Below are positions 7,920-17,742 of a stretch of 40,001 bases of DNA, in pieces; within the stretch, counting starts at the first letter, position 1; each line of letters opens with the position of its first letter. Made by a program: the position numbers and the translations under genes. The notes under the pieces were generated by a model. The model had not been told where the DNA came from, ran no database searches, and saw nothing but the letters and a program-made list of their open reading frames with translations. The stretch is from Candidatus Micrarchaeota archaeon (GTDB lineage: Archaea > Micrarchaeota > Micrarchaeia > Micrarchaeales > Micrarchaeaceae): NCBI GenBank assembly GCA_027365215.1, contig DAHXNT010000001.1:1-40001 (forward strand), given 5' to 3'.

Positions 7920-8447
7920 ATGGTAGGAATGAACTTTGCAGTTTTCGTCCCTCCGAGGGAATTCAAGGACGAGTCGCTCTCGATGGTACGGCTGTTCCTG
8001 GACAAGTGGGGCGTGCAGTACAAGATAGCCAGCTATGGCAACAGGGACTGCACGGGATACCACGGATCTACATGCAAGAGGGACGTTGACGCCCTGAAGA
8101 TAAGCCCGTCGGACTATGACGGCATTATAATAGTCGACGGCGTAGGCATAGACTCGACCAAGCTCTACGAATTCAGGCCGCTCCTCGACACCGTGATGCT
8201 GTTCAGCAGCTCTGGAAAGAGGATAATTGCGTTCGGAAACGCGGTGAAGGTACTTGCAAGGGCCAATGTCATAAAGAACATTAGGATAGCGGCCAGGGAT
8301 GCTGATGCAAAAAGGCTTGTGCTTCTGTTCCACGGCGTTCCGACAGATGGGCCGATTGAGATATCTAATAGCACCATAACGATAGACAGCCAGGCAGGCA
8401 TGGAAGACTCTATGAAGAAGATGCTCGGCAGCATGGGAATTATATGA
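7920..8447 (+). CDS. DJ-1/PfpI-fold protein, apparently lacking the nucleophile Cys
   Basis: 'DGIIIVDGVG...GKRIIAFGNAVKVLARANV' aligns to the DJ-1/PfpI 'GKPVAAICHGP..LA' elbow, with F-G-N in place of C-H-G. Confidence 0.5.
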   Translation: MVGMNFAVFVPPREFKDESLSMVRLFLDKWGVQYKIASYGNRDCTGYHGSTCKRDVDALKISPSDYDGIIIVDGVGIDSTKLYEFRPLLDTVMLFSSSGKRIIAFGNAVKVLARANVIKNIRIAARDADAKRLVLLFHGVPTDGPIEISNSTITIDSQAGMEDSMKKMLGSMGII

Positions 8448-8749
8448 AGTCTCAGCGCGACAAGGCCCTTTTCAGGAAGATTGCGGGAGAAAGGGTGGTG
8501 ATTCTTGATTCCCTGTCGCTCAGGTTCTCAGGAAGCGACCCTGCGCTCTCCAAGTACTATACAAGGCTGATGCAGCGCATAGCGGAGCATTACAAGGTGG
8601 ATATGCCTAAGCATGAAGTGCCTGTATGCAAGAGATGCCATTCGCGCATGGTGCCAGGGATCAGCGCAGAAGTTAGGCTGAGCAGCAGTAATAGGTATGT
8701 TGTATACACATGCAGCTCGTGCGGGTACGAGAAGCACCTGCATTACTGA
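8444..8749 (+). CDS. rnp4: RNase P protein component 4 (Rpp21/Rpr2)
   Basis: 101 aa. Zinc ribbon 'CKRCHS...CSSCGY' and an N-terminal helical 'YYTRLMQRIAEHY'. ATGA overlap with the upstream gene. Confidence 0.8.
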   Translation: MKSQRDKALFRKIAGERVVILDSLSLRFSGSDPALSKYYTRLMQRIAEHYKVDMPKHEVPVCKRCHSRMVPGISAEVRLSSSNRYVVYTCSSCGYEKHLHY

Positions 8750-9192
8750 TGATGCTGGCCGGCCTTCCTCTTTCCAAGCAGTTCCTTCAGCTCTATCCTG
8801 TCTTCTTTCGTTATAGCTATGTTGCTGCCGAAACCGAACGATTTTCGCTTGTTGTTGTATCTCGGTATTACGTGCACGTGGAAGTGCATGACCGCCTGCC
8901 CTGCGACCTTCCCTATGTTTGTCGATATGTTTGCTCCGTCGGCTCCGAGGCGCTCTTTCTCCAGTATGGCGAACTTCTTCGCGATCTTGAACATGTGGCA
9001 TACGACCTCGTCGGGCGCCTTAAGCATGTTCAAATAGTGCTTTTTCGGTATCACAAGAAGGTGCCCGTAATCCACAGGGTACAGATCGAGCAGCACAACG
9101 CACTTGTCATCTTCGTAGAGCAGGTCGGCCTCATTCTTCTTCTTAGGGTTATTTCCCAGCTCGCAGAACACACAGTTTTTCATTCGCACCAC
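8743..9192 (-). CDS. HIT (histidine triad) family hydrolase
   Basis: 'HFHVHVIP' histidine-triad motif and N-terminal 'CVFCE'. 149 aa. Confidence 0.9.
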   Translation of the reverse strand: MVRMKNCVFCELGNNPKKKNEADLLYEDDKCVVLLDLYPVDYGHLLVIPKKHYLNMLKAPDEVVCHMFKIAKKFAILEKERLGADGANISTNIGKVAGQAVMHFHVHVIPRYNNKRKSFGFGSNIAITKEDRIELKELLGKRKAGQHHQ

Positions 9193-9249
9193 GCGCCAGA
9201 CTACAGATTTGTCTATTGTTGCGGAACAAATAAAAAGGTTGTTTGGTAA

Positions 9250-10911
<1,662 letters not shown>

Positions 10912-10934
10912 TTTTCAGAATTGGTATTGGTATT

Positions 10935-11009
10935 TGGGCTTGGAGAGATTTGGACTCTCGACCTATGGCTTATAAGACCATCGCTCTAACCAGGCTGAGC
11001 TACAAGCCC
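10935..11009 (-). tRNA. tRNA-Ile (anticodon UAU)
   Basis: Minus-sense GGGCTTG TA GCTC AGCCTGGTTA GAGC G ATGGT CTTATAA GCCAT AGGTC GAGAG TCCAAAT CTCTC CAAGCCC A. 75 nt. T-loop has C at position 55. Confidence 0.8.
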
Positions 11010-11061
11010 ATGCAAAGTATTTTGTCAAAATATCATTTAAAGCTTCTGGACAGTGGAATCT

Positions 11062-11080
11062 GCCGTGAGCGCCTCACGGC
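11062..11080 (-). terminator. 8-bp hairpin spanning the aglB stop codon
   Basis: gccgtgag-cgc-ctcacggc. The aglB TGA lies inside the stem. Confidence 0.35.
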
Positions 11081-14000
11081 ATAGTGTAATTGTTGTGCAC
11101 GTATGACGGCTTCGCAGGCACTGATGGAAGCCCTCCAGTATAGTTGTTTAGCGCGTATATCCTTATTGCGGATGAGCTGTTCACGTAGTTAATGCCTGCA
11201 GATGTCGAGTTCGACGGATATACCAGATGGAAGCCAGGAAGGTTCCCAAGGTAGAAGCCGTCATAGTAGTTCGACGCATAGAACTGCGACGGCGCATCGG
11301 TTATGGTGCCGTTAGCCGCGTTTGGCGTGTATATCACCAGGAACTGCACGAAGGTCGTGTTGCCAACGCCAATGCTACCAAGGTACTGCGAAGATTGTAT
11401 GTATGCGTTCATACGGGTGCCGTTGGCGTAATACATGGGCAGAGCGCCGTTCGAGTTGGCTATGGTGCCGACGCATGCGGTCTCGTTTGACAGTGACTGC
11501 CCGGTGAGCAGGAAGGCCTTGATGAACCCTTCAGAGGCGTTGGCTCCAGGGAGTGAGCAGTAGTTTGCGAGGTTCTGCGAGCCTGCCGATGAGACGAATG
11601 CGGACAATGGCAGGAGCGCGAACTGCGGATCGTGGCTGAGCTCGCATGGCGACGTGCCAAGGACATACGGCGCGCTGACGCCTTCGGACCTTGCCGCTGC
11701 CTTTGCATATGCCTCTGAAGTGGCGTTTATGTTGACGCATGCGAGGAAGTCCAGGGCCTGCCACTTGCTGACCAGCCCCTTATCGAACAGCACGTACTTA
11801 GTCTGGTTGGAATTCATGATGCTTGCGAGCGTATTGGAGGTGTAGTTGTACTGCGGGCCGAGAACGAAGCTCGCGGCCGTCGAATAGTCGGCCTTTGGCA
11901 CCGCGTTGTCACCCCTAAGCACCGCGTTGGTGTTGCCGAACCAGTTGATCCAGTCCCCGTAGTCCCACCACGCCAGTATCCTTGGCGCGTACGGCCCTAG
12001 GTTGGTGCGCATCCATGCAGTAGCTGCGAGCCAGTATGAGGGGACTGTATTGCAGCTCATCTCGTACGCAAGGGAATTGCCTGCTGCTGCAATGGAGCTG
12101 CATGTGCTAGTGGCCGCGCCGAACGAGGCTATGAGGTTGCTGCTCTCCCCGAATATGAATGAGCCGTGCACTACGACCGCACCCACCTCTATGAGTACGA
12201 AAAGCGCGAAGAGGCCCCACAGGTACTGCCTGTTGGTGATCTCCTTCTTCATGAACACAAGGTAAAGCAGTATTATGAACGCGAGTATCGTTGATATGAA
12301 GAATACACCGACGACTAGCAGCAGTATGAGGTATATGCCGTTCTCGGAATATATGCCGGGAATGTAGAGCGCCTTCCTCGCCTCGCCCTTCTTGAAGAGG
12401 CCGAGCTGGAAGCGGTGTGATGCCATATAGGCTATCTCGCCGATCATTATGGCAAACAGCATTATGAACGCCGTACCGAAGTGCGGCAGGTACTTCACCT
12501 CAACGAATCCTGCCACCATTAGCGGTATGGCTATGGCGAGGTAGAGGACGCCGGTCTGGCTCCTCCTGTAGAATATGCTTATCAGTATGAGGATGAACGA
12601 GGCAGCTGATATGAACCAGACGAGCAATGGTATTCCGGCTATGCTCGCACCTATCAGGCCAAAGCCGCTGGATCCGAAGTTGAACAGCGCGCCAGTGGGC
12701 TCGTACTGGGCAACAGTCATGAACAGTGCGCTGGACGGGCTCGTGAACTTCTGGCTAAGCGCTATGTAGCCCTTAACGGGCTTGCCGAGAGGCGTAAGGA
12801 ATATGGCAGCGGACGTGAGTATAGCGAGCACCACAAGCCATTCGGCATACGCCTTCCAATTGACTTCCTTGAACAGGATGTGGCGCTCGTGCAGGAATTT
12901 AGGCACGTACTGGAATATCGCAACGAGCACTAGCGCGAGCAACGGGCCTGACACAGTTATCGGTATTCCGAGTATGCTGGGTATGCGGCCTGTGAGGGTG
13001 GCGCCATATGGGTGATAAAGCACCAGGAAAACCGCTATTACTGCTATCACTATTACGTTCATCTTGTAGAAGTCCTTCGTGAGGTTGCCCCTGAAGACAT
13101 CTATTATCCCCTCCGCGAGTATGTATATGACCAGTACGCCGGTGTCTACCGTGTAGTAGTGCGCTCCGAGGAACGTAGATGCGAACGCTATGCCTGCAAA
13201 TATGGCGAGCCTGGTACTCTTCATGTTCCTTATCGCCATCATGTACGCGGCGAAGAAGAAGAACAGTGAGAATATTCCCCACGGCTCGAGGAGCTGCTCC
13301 CCTGCTATGAACGTAGTTATGAGTATCGGCATCGACGCGACCAGCCCGGCGGCGATCAGCGCTATCTTGTGGTCGTACTCATGGTAGATGAGCATGAATA
13401 TAGTGAACACCAGCAGGGCGGCCATTATCGGCGGATAGAAGCTGCTCGCGTAACTCATCAGCGACGTGCTAAACGCGCTAAGGTGCGGTCCGAGATAGTT
13501 TGCCAGGTCGTACCAGTATGCTTCGAGATACGGCACTAGCGGCTGCAGGCGGTGGTTGGTTCCAGCCGCTACAGTAGGCCATGCTGACGGGTCGAGCAGA
13601 AGCTGATGCCCGTACGTCAATATGTAATGCGTGGAAATCATATCGAAATACGGGTCGAACTCGAAGAAGTTCGGCGCGGTGCTTATGTTAGCGATGCGCG
13701 ACGCGAACGTGGCTATCATTATGAAGAACAGCAGCCACCAGACCCATGACGGGGTATTCTTGACTAGGCTGCCGCTGTGCGCTGGTTCAGGCGCCGCCTT
13801 CTTTGTCGACACCTTTTCCGCTATGAAATTCTTTATGTCGGTAAGCACGCCGTACTTGTAGCACAGGACAAGCCCTATCAACGTCAGGACGAGCGCGTTC
13901 GCCTCGAAAAGCCCCAGAGAGAAGGAGAATGCGTGCACGTAGCTTATCAGGTATGACTCGAGCCACGTCAGGGTTGCAGGTGCGATCAGGCCGAATATGA

Positions 14001-14124
14001 ATCCTATTGTGAGCTTCTCGAACTTTGTTAACGGCGTGTTCTTCAGCAGCGCTAGCGACAATAGGGTTCCAGGTACGAACAGGGTTAGGAACGCAACTAT
14101 TATGGTTTCTATTATGAATCCCAT
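11074..14124 (-). CDS. aglB: archaeal oligosaccharyltransferase AglB (STT3 family)
   Basis: 1016 aa. Multi-TM N-terminal two-thirds, the catalytic 'WWDYGDWI' motif, and a soluble C-terminal domain rich in N-x-S/T sequons. Confidence 0.9.
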   Translation of the reverse strand: MGFIIETIIVAFLTLFVPGTLLSLALLKNTPLTKFEKLTIGFIFGLIAPATLTWLESYLISYVHAFSFSLGLFEANALVLTLIGLVLCYKYGVLTDIKNFIAEKVSTKKAAPEPAHSGSLVKNTPSWVWWLLFFIMIATFASRIANISTAPNFFEFDPYFDMISTHYILTYGHQLLLDPSAWPTVAAGTNHRLQPLVPYLEAYWYDLANYLGPHLSAFSTSLMSYASSFYPPIMAALLVFTIFMLIYHEYDHKIALIAAGLVASMPILITTFIAGEQLLEPWGIFSLFFFFAAYMMAIRNMKSTRLAIFAGIAFASTFLGAHYYTVDTGVLVIYILAEGIIDVFRGNLTKDFYKMNVIVIAVIAVFLVLYHPYGATLTGRIPSILGIPITVSGPLLALVLVAIFQYVPKFLHERHILFKEVNWKAYAEWLVVLAILTSAAIFLTPLGKPVKGYIALSQKFTSPSSALFMTVAQYEPTGALFNFGSSGFGLIGASIAGIPLLVWFISAASFILILISIFYRRSQTGVLYLAIAIPLMVAGFVEVKYLPHFGTAFIMLFAIMIGEIAYMASHRFQLGLFKKGEARKALYIPGIYSENGIYLILLLVVGVFFISTILAFIILLYLVFMKKEITNRQYLWGLFALFVLIEVGAVVVHGSFIFGESSNLIASFGAATSTCSSIAAAGNSLAYEMSCNTVPSYWLAATAWMRTNLGPYAPRILAWWDYGDWINWFGNTNAVLRGDNAVPKADYSTAASFVLGPQYNYTSNTLASIMNSNQTKYVLFDKGLVSKWQALDFLACVNINATSEAYAKAAARSEGVSAPYVLGTSPCELSHDPQFALLPLSAFVSSAGSQNLANYCSLPGANASEGFIKAFLLTGQSLSNETACVGTIANSNGALPMYYANGTRMNAYIQSSQYLGSIGVGNTTFVQFLVIYTPNAANGTITDAPSQFYASNYYDGFYLGNLPGFHLVYPSNSTSAGINYVNSSSAIRIYALNNYTGGLPSVPAKPSYVHNNYTMP

Positions 14125-14176
14125 TCCACCACACAGAGTTTCATGCGCGCATCGCTTGCGCGGTTATAAATTGACA

Positions 14177-14800
14177 TCAATATGTCATTATGGCTTTCGG
14201 TATACTGAGGTTCTTGACGTCCTTGTCAGGGAACACTGTACCCGGGGGCACGATCCTTACCTGAATGCCTATTGCACCGTATTTAGGATATGCTGCGGTG
14301 ATTGCCTCCCTGACGAGCTCCGTGACGTTGCCGGCCTTCGGCATATAGCCTACGCTCTTTATTATTGACCTTGACCTTGCCTTCTTTGCGACCAGCTTGC
14401 CGCCTATCCTTATCTCTGCGCCGAGAGCGCCGCTCTCTATTATGCTCCTGAGGGTGGACTGCAGGATCCTTCTCGGGTTTATGCCGCGCTCGAGCTTCTC
14501 GGATATCATCTTCGACACGAGAAGGGGCTCCAGCATGCGGTTCTCCACTTCTACCACGCTTATCTGCGGGTTTTCTATGCCGAATCTCTTCTTTATCGAG
14601 TCGGTAAGCGCATCAATGGTCTTGCCTCCACGGCCGATGACCCTGCCCGGATTGAGCACGTAAAGCGTTATTCTTGTTATCATAGGGGTCTTCTGTATGT
14701 CGACTCTTGAGAATCCAGCCCTGGACAGCTCTGTGCTCAGGTACTTGGATATGTTCATCTTTATGACCGAATCCTCTATGAAGCTCTTTTCTATCGTCAA
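14177..14800 (-). CDS. rps3: 30S ribosomal protein uS3
   Basis: KH-domain 'VLNPGRVIGRGGKTIDAL'. TTG start at 14800 is supported by N-terminal similarity ('TIEKSFIEDSV...') to archaeal S3. Last gene of the operon. Confidence 0.9.
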   Translation of the reverse strand: MTIEKSFIEDSVIKMNISKYLSTELSRAGFSRVDIQKTPMITRITLYVLNPGRVIGRGGKTIDALTDSIKKRFGIENPQISVVEVENRMLEPLLVSKMISEKLERGINPRRILQSTLRSIIESGALGAEIRIGGKLVAKKARSRSIIKSVGYMPKAGNVTELVREAITAAYPKYGAIGIQVRIVPPGTVFPDKDVKNLSIPKAIMTY

Positions 14801-15547
14801 TCAAACACCATTCTTTGAAGCGTCTTCCGCGTTCTTGGCCTCTGCTGCCTGCCTGGCCGCATTCGCCTGCGGCTTCTCCTCTTTCGCCTTATCGTTAGCG
14901 CTCGCTTTTGCAGGCTGCTTCTGCGCCTCGGCCTTCTTTTCCGCCTTTGCCGCATCCTTCTTCTTCGGCTGTGCCATCTTCGTCTTCGCGCTCTTTGAAA
15001 CCTTGTCGACGTACCTCTGGGAGCTCTTTATCGCGGATTTCATGTTCTCGCTGAGTCCTGGCTCCGTTCCCTTTGCAAGGCCTATCTCTATCCTTGCGTG
15101 CTCGAGATTGCTCATCCTGGAGCTCTGGAAGCCCATAGTGTGGTTGCCCGGAACCGAACGCGGCCCTTTCGGCGGCATACGGCCCCATGTCTGCGTCTTG
15201 TTTGCAGATGCATGCACCACGTACATCAGGTCTGGCTCATAATCCTTGTTCCTCGCGTTTGCAGCGGCGTTCACTACGACCTTCCTCACGAGCTCGGAGC
15301 ACTTCACCGGCCATCTGCCCTTCCTGCCGCCCAGCTCGTGCCTGTGGCCCATACCTTTGTTGTGCCTCTTGAACTCTATGGCCCTGGTGCCTGCTGCCGC
15401 GCCGTCCAGTATGTCTACCGCTTCAAGGTAGCTCTTGTACCTTATCGCGGCGCATACCGCTGAGAGGTCCTTGAAGCTTGCGTTGACATCCTTCAGGCTC
15501 GCGAATATTATGCCTTCGGTGTCCCTGTTGAAAGAATACTTGGTCAT
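14801..15547 (-). CDS. rpl22: 50S ribosomal protein uL22 with ~95-aa Lys/Ala/Glu-rich C-terminal tail
   Basis: Core 'MTKYSF...KDLSAVCAAIR...RHNKGMGHR...GRWPVK'. Start set to the ATG at 15547, which overlaps the uS19 stop as TGATG. The longer track ORF (to 15721) overlaps uS19. Confidence 0.85.
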   Translation of the reverse strand: MTKYSFNRDTEGIIFASLKDVNASFKDLSAVCAAIRYKSYLEAVDILDGAAAGTRAIEFKRHNKGMGHRHELGGRKGRWPVKCSELVRKVVVNAAANARNKDYEPDLMYVVHASANKTQTWGRMPPKGPRSVPGNHTMGFQSSRMSNLEHARIEIGLAKGTEPGLSENMKSAIKSSQRYVDKVSKSAKTKMAQPKKKDAAKAEKKAEAQKQPAKASANDKAKEEKPQANAARQAAEAKNAEDASKNGV

Positions 15548-15957
15548 CACTTCACCGATAGGAACTTGCTTCCACGCGTTGCCTTTATTCCAGGAGCGGA
15601 GTGCTGCACGCGCTTTGTCGAGTATGCGAACTCGCCGAGCTTGTGGCCGAGCATGTTGGCTATTATGTCCATAGGGACGAACTGCTTGCCGTTGTACACC
15701 TCGAAGCGCATGCCCACCCATGACGGGAGTATCACGGCCTCGCGGCAGTGCGTCTTTATCGGCTTGGTGGAATTCTTGCCCTTGAGCTTGTTTACCTTCT
15801 CGACAAGGTTCCTGTACTCCAGCGCGTTCCTCTTGATGCTCCTCCTTATGTGGGAGTTCACGAGACTTTTGAATTCGTCATCCGTGATGCCTGATATGCT
15901 AGAGGCTGTCCTGCCCTTGAACGCGACCTTTTCCTTCTTCTCTATGATTTCTACCAT
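15547..15957 (-). CDS. rps19: 30S ribosomal protein uS19
   Basis: 'KTHCREAVILPSWVGMRFEVYNGKQFVPMDIIANMLGHKLGEFAYSTK'. Confidence 0.9.
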   Translation of the reverse strand: MVEIIEKKEKVAFKGRTASSISGITDDEFKSLVNSHIRRSIKRNALEYRNLVEKVNKLKGKNSTKPIKTHCREAVILPSWVGMRFEVYNGKQFVPMDIIANMLGHKLGEFAYSTKRVQHSAPGIKATRGSKFLSVK

Positions 15958-15961
15958 GCGA

Positions 15962-16675
15962 TCATCCCTTCTTCTTCCTGCCTACGCGACTTGCGGCTAT
16001 GTGGCCGACCTTCCTTCCGGGTGGTGCGTTCCTTGAGGTCATGCTGCTCTTTCCCTTGTGGTGCTGCTTCCCTCCGAATGGGTGCTCTGACGGCTGCATC
16101 TTCACGCCGCGGAGCCTTGGCCAGTACCTGTTGAGCGCGTGTTTAATGTAATGGTTCTTGCCGGCCTTCATTATCGGGGCTTCGTTCATGCCGCCGCCCG
16201 CAACCACGCCCAGCTGCGCCCTGTGGTCGTTCTCTATGGTTACCTTCTGCTTTGACCTCAGTTGCACTATGCTGTTGGTATCGGAATGGGCGAGTATGCT
16301 TGCCGATGCGCCAGCGGCCTTGGTGAGCTTGCCGCCGTCCCCGACTATCGACTCGATGTTGTATACAGGAGTTCCTTCGGCTATGTCACCGATCCTCATG
16401 ACGCTCCCGAGAGAGTATTTCGTCGAATTGATGTAAATCTTGTCCCCTATCTTTATGCCTTCCGGCGCTATCAGGTAGCCGTCAGACATGTCCTCGTAGA
16501 GTATGTGCATGAGCGGGGCCGTATGCCCGGTGTGGTTGATCAGGCCGATGACCTCGCCGGTGAGCTTGGATTGCCTGTCAGGTGAATAGCTGGTGCTGAT
16601 GTCGTACGTTCCGGGCAGCTTCGTATAGGCGTTGGAATTCTTGCCCCTTCTCTGCATTCTGAGTTTCTTTCCCAT
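15962..16675 (-). CDS. rpl2: 50S ribosomal protein uL2
   Basis: 'GGGMNEAPIMKAGKNHY' and 'EHPFGGKQHHKGKSS'. 237 aa. Confidence 0.95.
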   Translation of the reverse strand: MGKKLRMQRRGKNSNAYTKLPGTYDISTSYSPDRQSKLTGEVIGLINHTGHTAPLMHILYEDMSDGYLIAPEGIKIGDKIYINSTKYSLGSVMRIGDIAEGTPVYNIESIVGDGGKLTKAAGASASILAHSDTNSIVQLRSKQKVTIENDHRAQLGVVAGGGMNEAPIMKAGKNHYIKHALNRYWPRLRGVKMQPSEHPFGGKQHHKGKSSMTSRNAPPGRKVGHIAASRVGRKKKG

Positions 16676-16678
16676 CAG

Positions 16679-16930
16679 TCACACCAACTTCAGCTTAACA
16701 GCTACGTCGCTGGCCTTATATCCAGTAGCTAGCTTTATGAACGTCTTCTTTGTGTTTTTCTGGGTGCTCAGCGACCTTATCGAGTGCACCTTTACCGCGA
16801 ATGTCGACTCGAACTCCTTCCTTATCTGGCCCTTGGTGGCCCTCGAGTCAGTTATGTAGGTTATCACGTTGAGCCTGTCTATCATTCCGACAGCCTTTTC
16901 CGTGGAGACAGGGTGTATCAGTATTGCCAT
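16679..16930 (-). CDS. rpl23: 50S ribosomal protein uL23
   Basis: 83 aa, 'HPVSTEKAVGMID..NVITYITDSRATKGQIRKEFE', in the conserved position between uL4 and uL2. Confidence 0.9.
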   Translation of the reverse strand: MAILIHPVSTEKAVGMIDRLNVITYITDSRATKGQIRKEFESTFAVKVHSIRSLSTQKNTKKTFIKLATGYKASDVAVKLKLV

Positions 16931-16934
16931 GCAA

Positions 16935-17738
16935 TCATCTCAGCGACCACTTCTTGGAGCTCTCGTTCAGTGCAGATATCGCGCTCTCGCTCCATACGGT
17001 TATCCTTCCAGGATTGCCTCCAGGGGCGAGCAGCCCGGCCTTTATGTCTGCCGCGGTGCACACGTCCACGCCTGGAAGGTTCCTTGCGGACCTCTCTGCC
17101 GCTTTGCCCTTCGAACCGAGCACCAGGAGGACGGATTTCTTGTACTTCCTCTTGCTGGAGCCGCGCTTTGACTTCGCCACGCTCCTCTTGGAATCATGGC
17201 TCTCCGATATGTATTTCTCGAGGCCTATGCCCTTCAGCGCTGCGCTGAATTCCTTCGCCTTGGATATGGACTCGATCTCGTCAGACACTATTATTGGCAG
17301 CCTTGACTTCTCTATGAACTTTGTGTCAACATAATCAGAAGCCGTGGCAGCTATGGCGCTCATTATGGCCTTCTGGTATTCGCGCTTGTTCATCTGCTCC
17401 GTGAGGTTCTTCTCGACGAGGTGCGGGTGCGCCCTCTTTCCCTTTGTTGATGATGGTATCCTCCTTACCTTGCCCTGCCTGCCGCCTCCGAGCTGCTCCC
17501 TGGGCCTCGCGGCTCTGCCTACGTGCCTGCCCGAACGCCATGTCATCATCCTTCCGTGGTACGCGGCTGACGTCTGCATTCCAGCCAGCAGGTAATGGCC
17601 TTGCGGCTGTGTATTTCGCGTGCTCTCTGCGAGAACTGCGCGCATTATTATGTCTGGCCTGACCACCTCCGAGAATGCCTTTGGCAGGTCTATCTGCCCT
17701 TTGGTCTTCCCGTCGATCGACATTATGCTAGCATTCAT
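16935..17738 (-). CDS. rpl4: 50S ribosomal protein uL4
   Basis: 267 aa, 'GMQTSAAYHGRMMTWRSGRHVGRAARPREQLGGGR', in the conserved position after uL3. Confidence 0.9.
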   Translation of the reverse strand: MNASIMSIDGKTKGQIDLPKAFSEVVRPDIIMRAVLAESTRNTQPQGHYLLAGMQTSAAYHGRMMTWRSGRHVGRAARPREQLGGGRQGKVRRIPSSTKGKRAHPHLVEKNLTEQMNKREYQKAIMSAIAATASDYVDTKFIEKSRLPIIVSDEIESISKAKEFSAALKGIGLEKYISESHDSKRSVAKSKRGSSKRKYKKSVLLVLGSKGKAAERSARNLPGVDVCTAADIKAGLLAPGGNPGRITVWSESAISALNESSKKWSLR

Positions 17739-17742
17739 ATGA

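Noticed and set aside
7274-8023. 249-aa minus-strand ORF spanning the PCNA gene
   Set aside because: It is antisense to a clear PCNA CDS. Its Arg/Leu/His-rich low-complexity translation is typical of a shadow ORF opposite a GA-rich coding strand.
15548-15721. 58-codon N-terminal extension of the uL22 ORF in the track
   Set aside because: It overlaps the 3' end of uS19 in another frame. The conserved uL22 N-terminus begins at the internal ATG (15547), which forms a TGATG junction with the uS19 stop.
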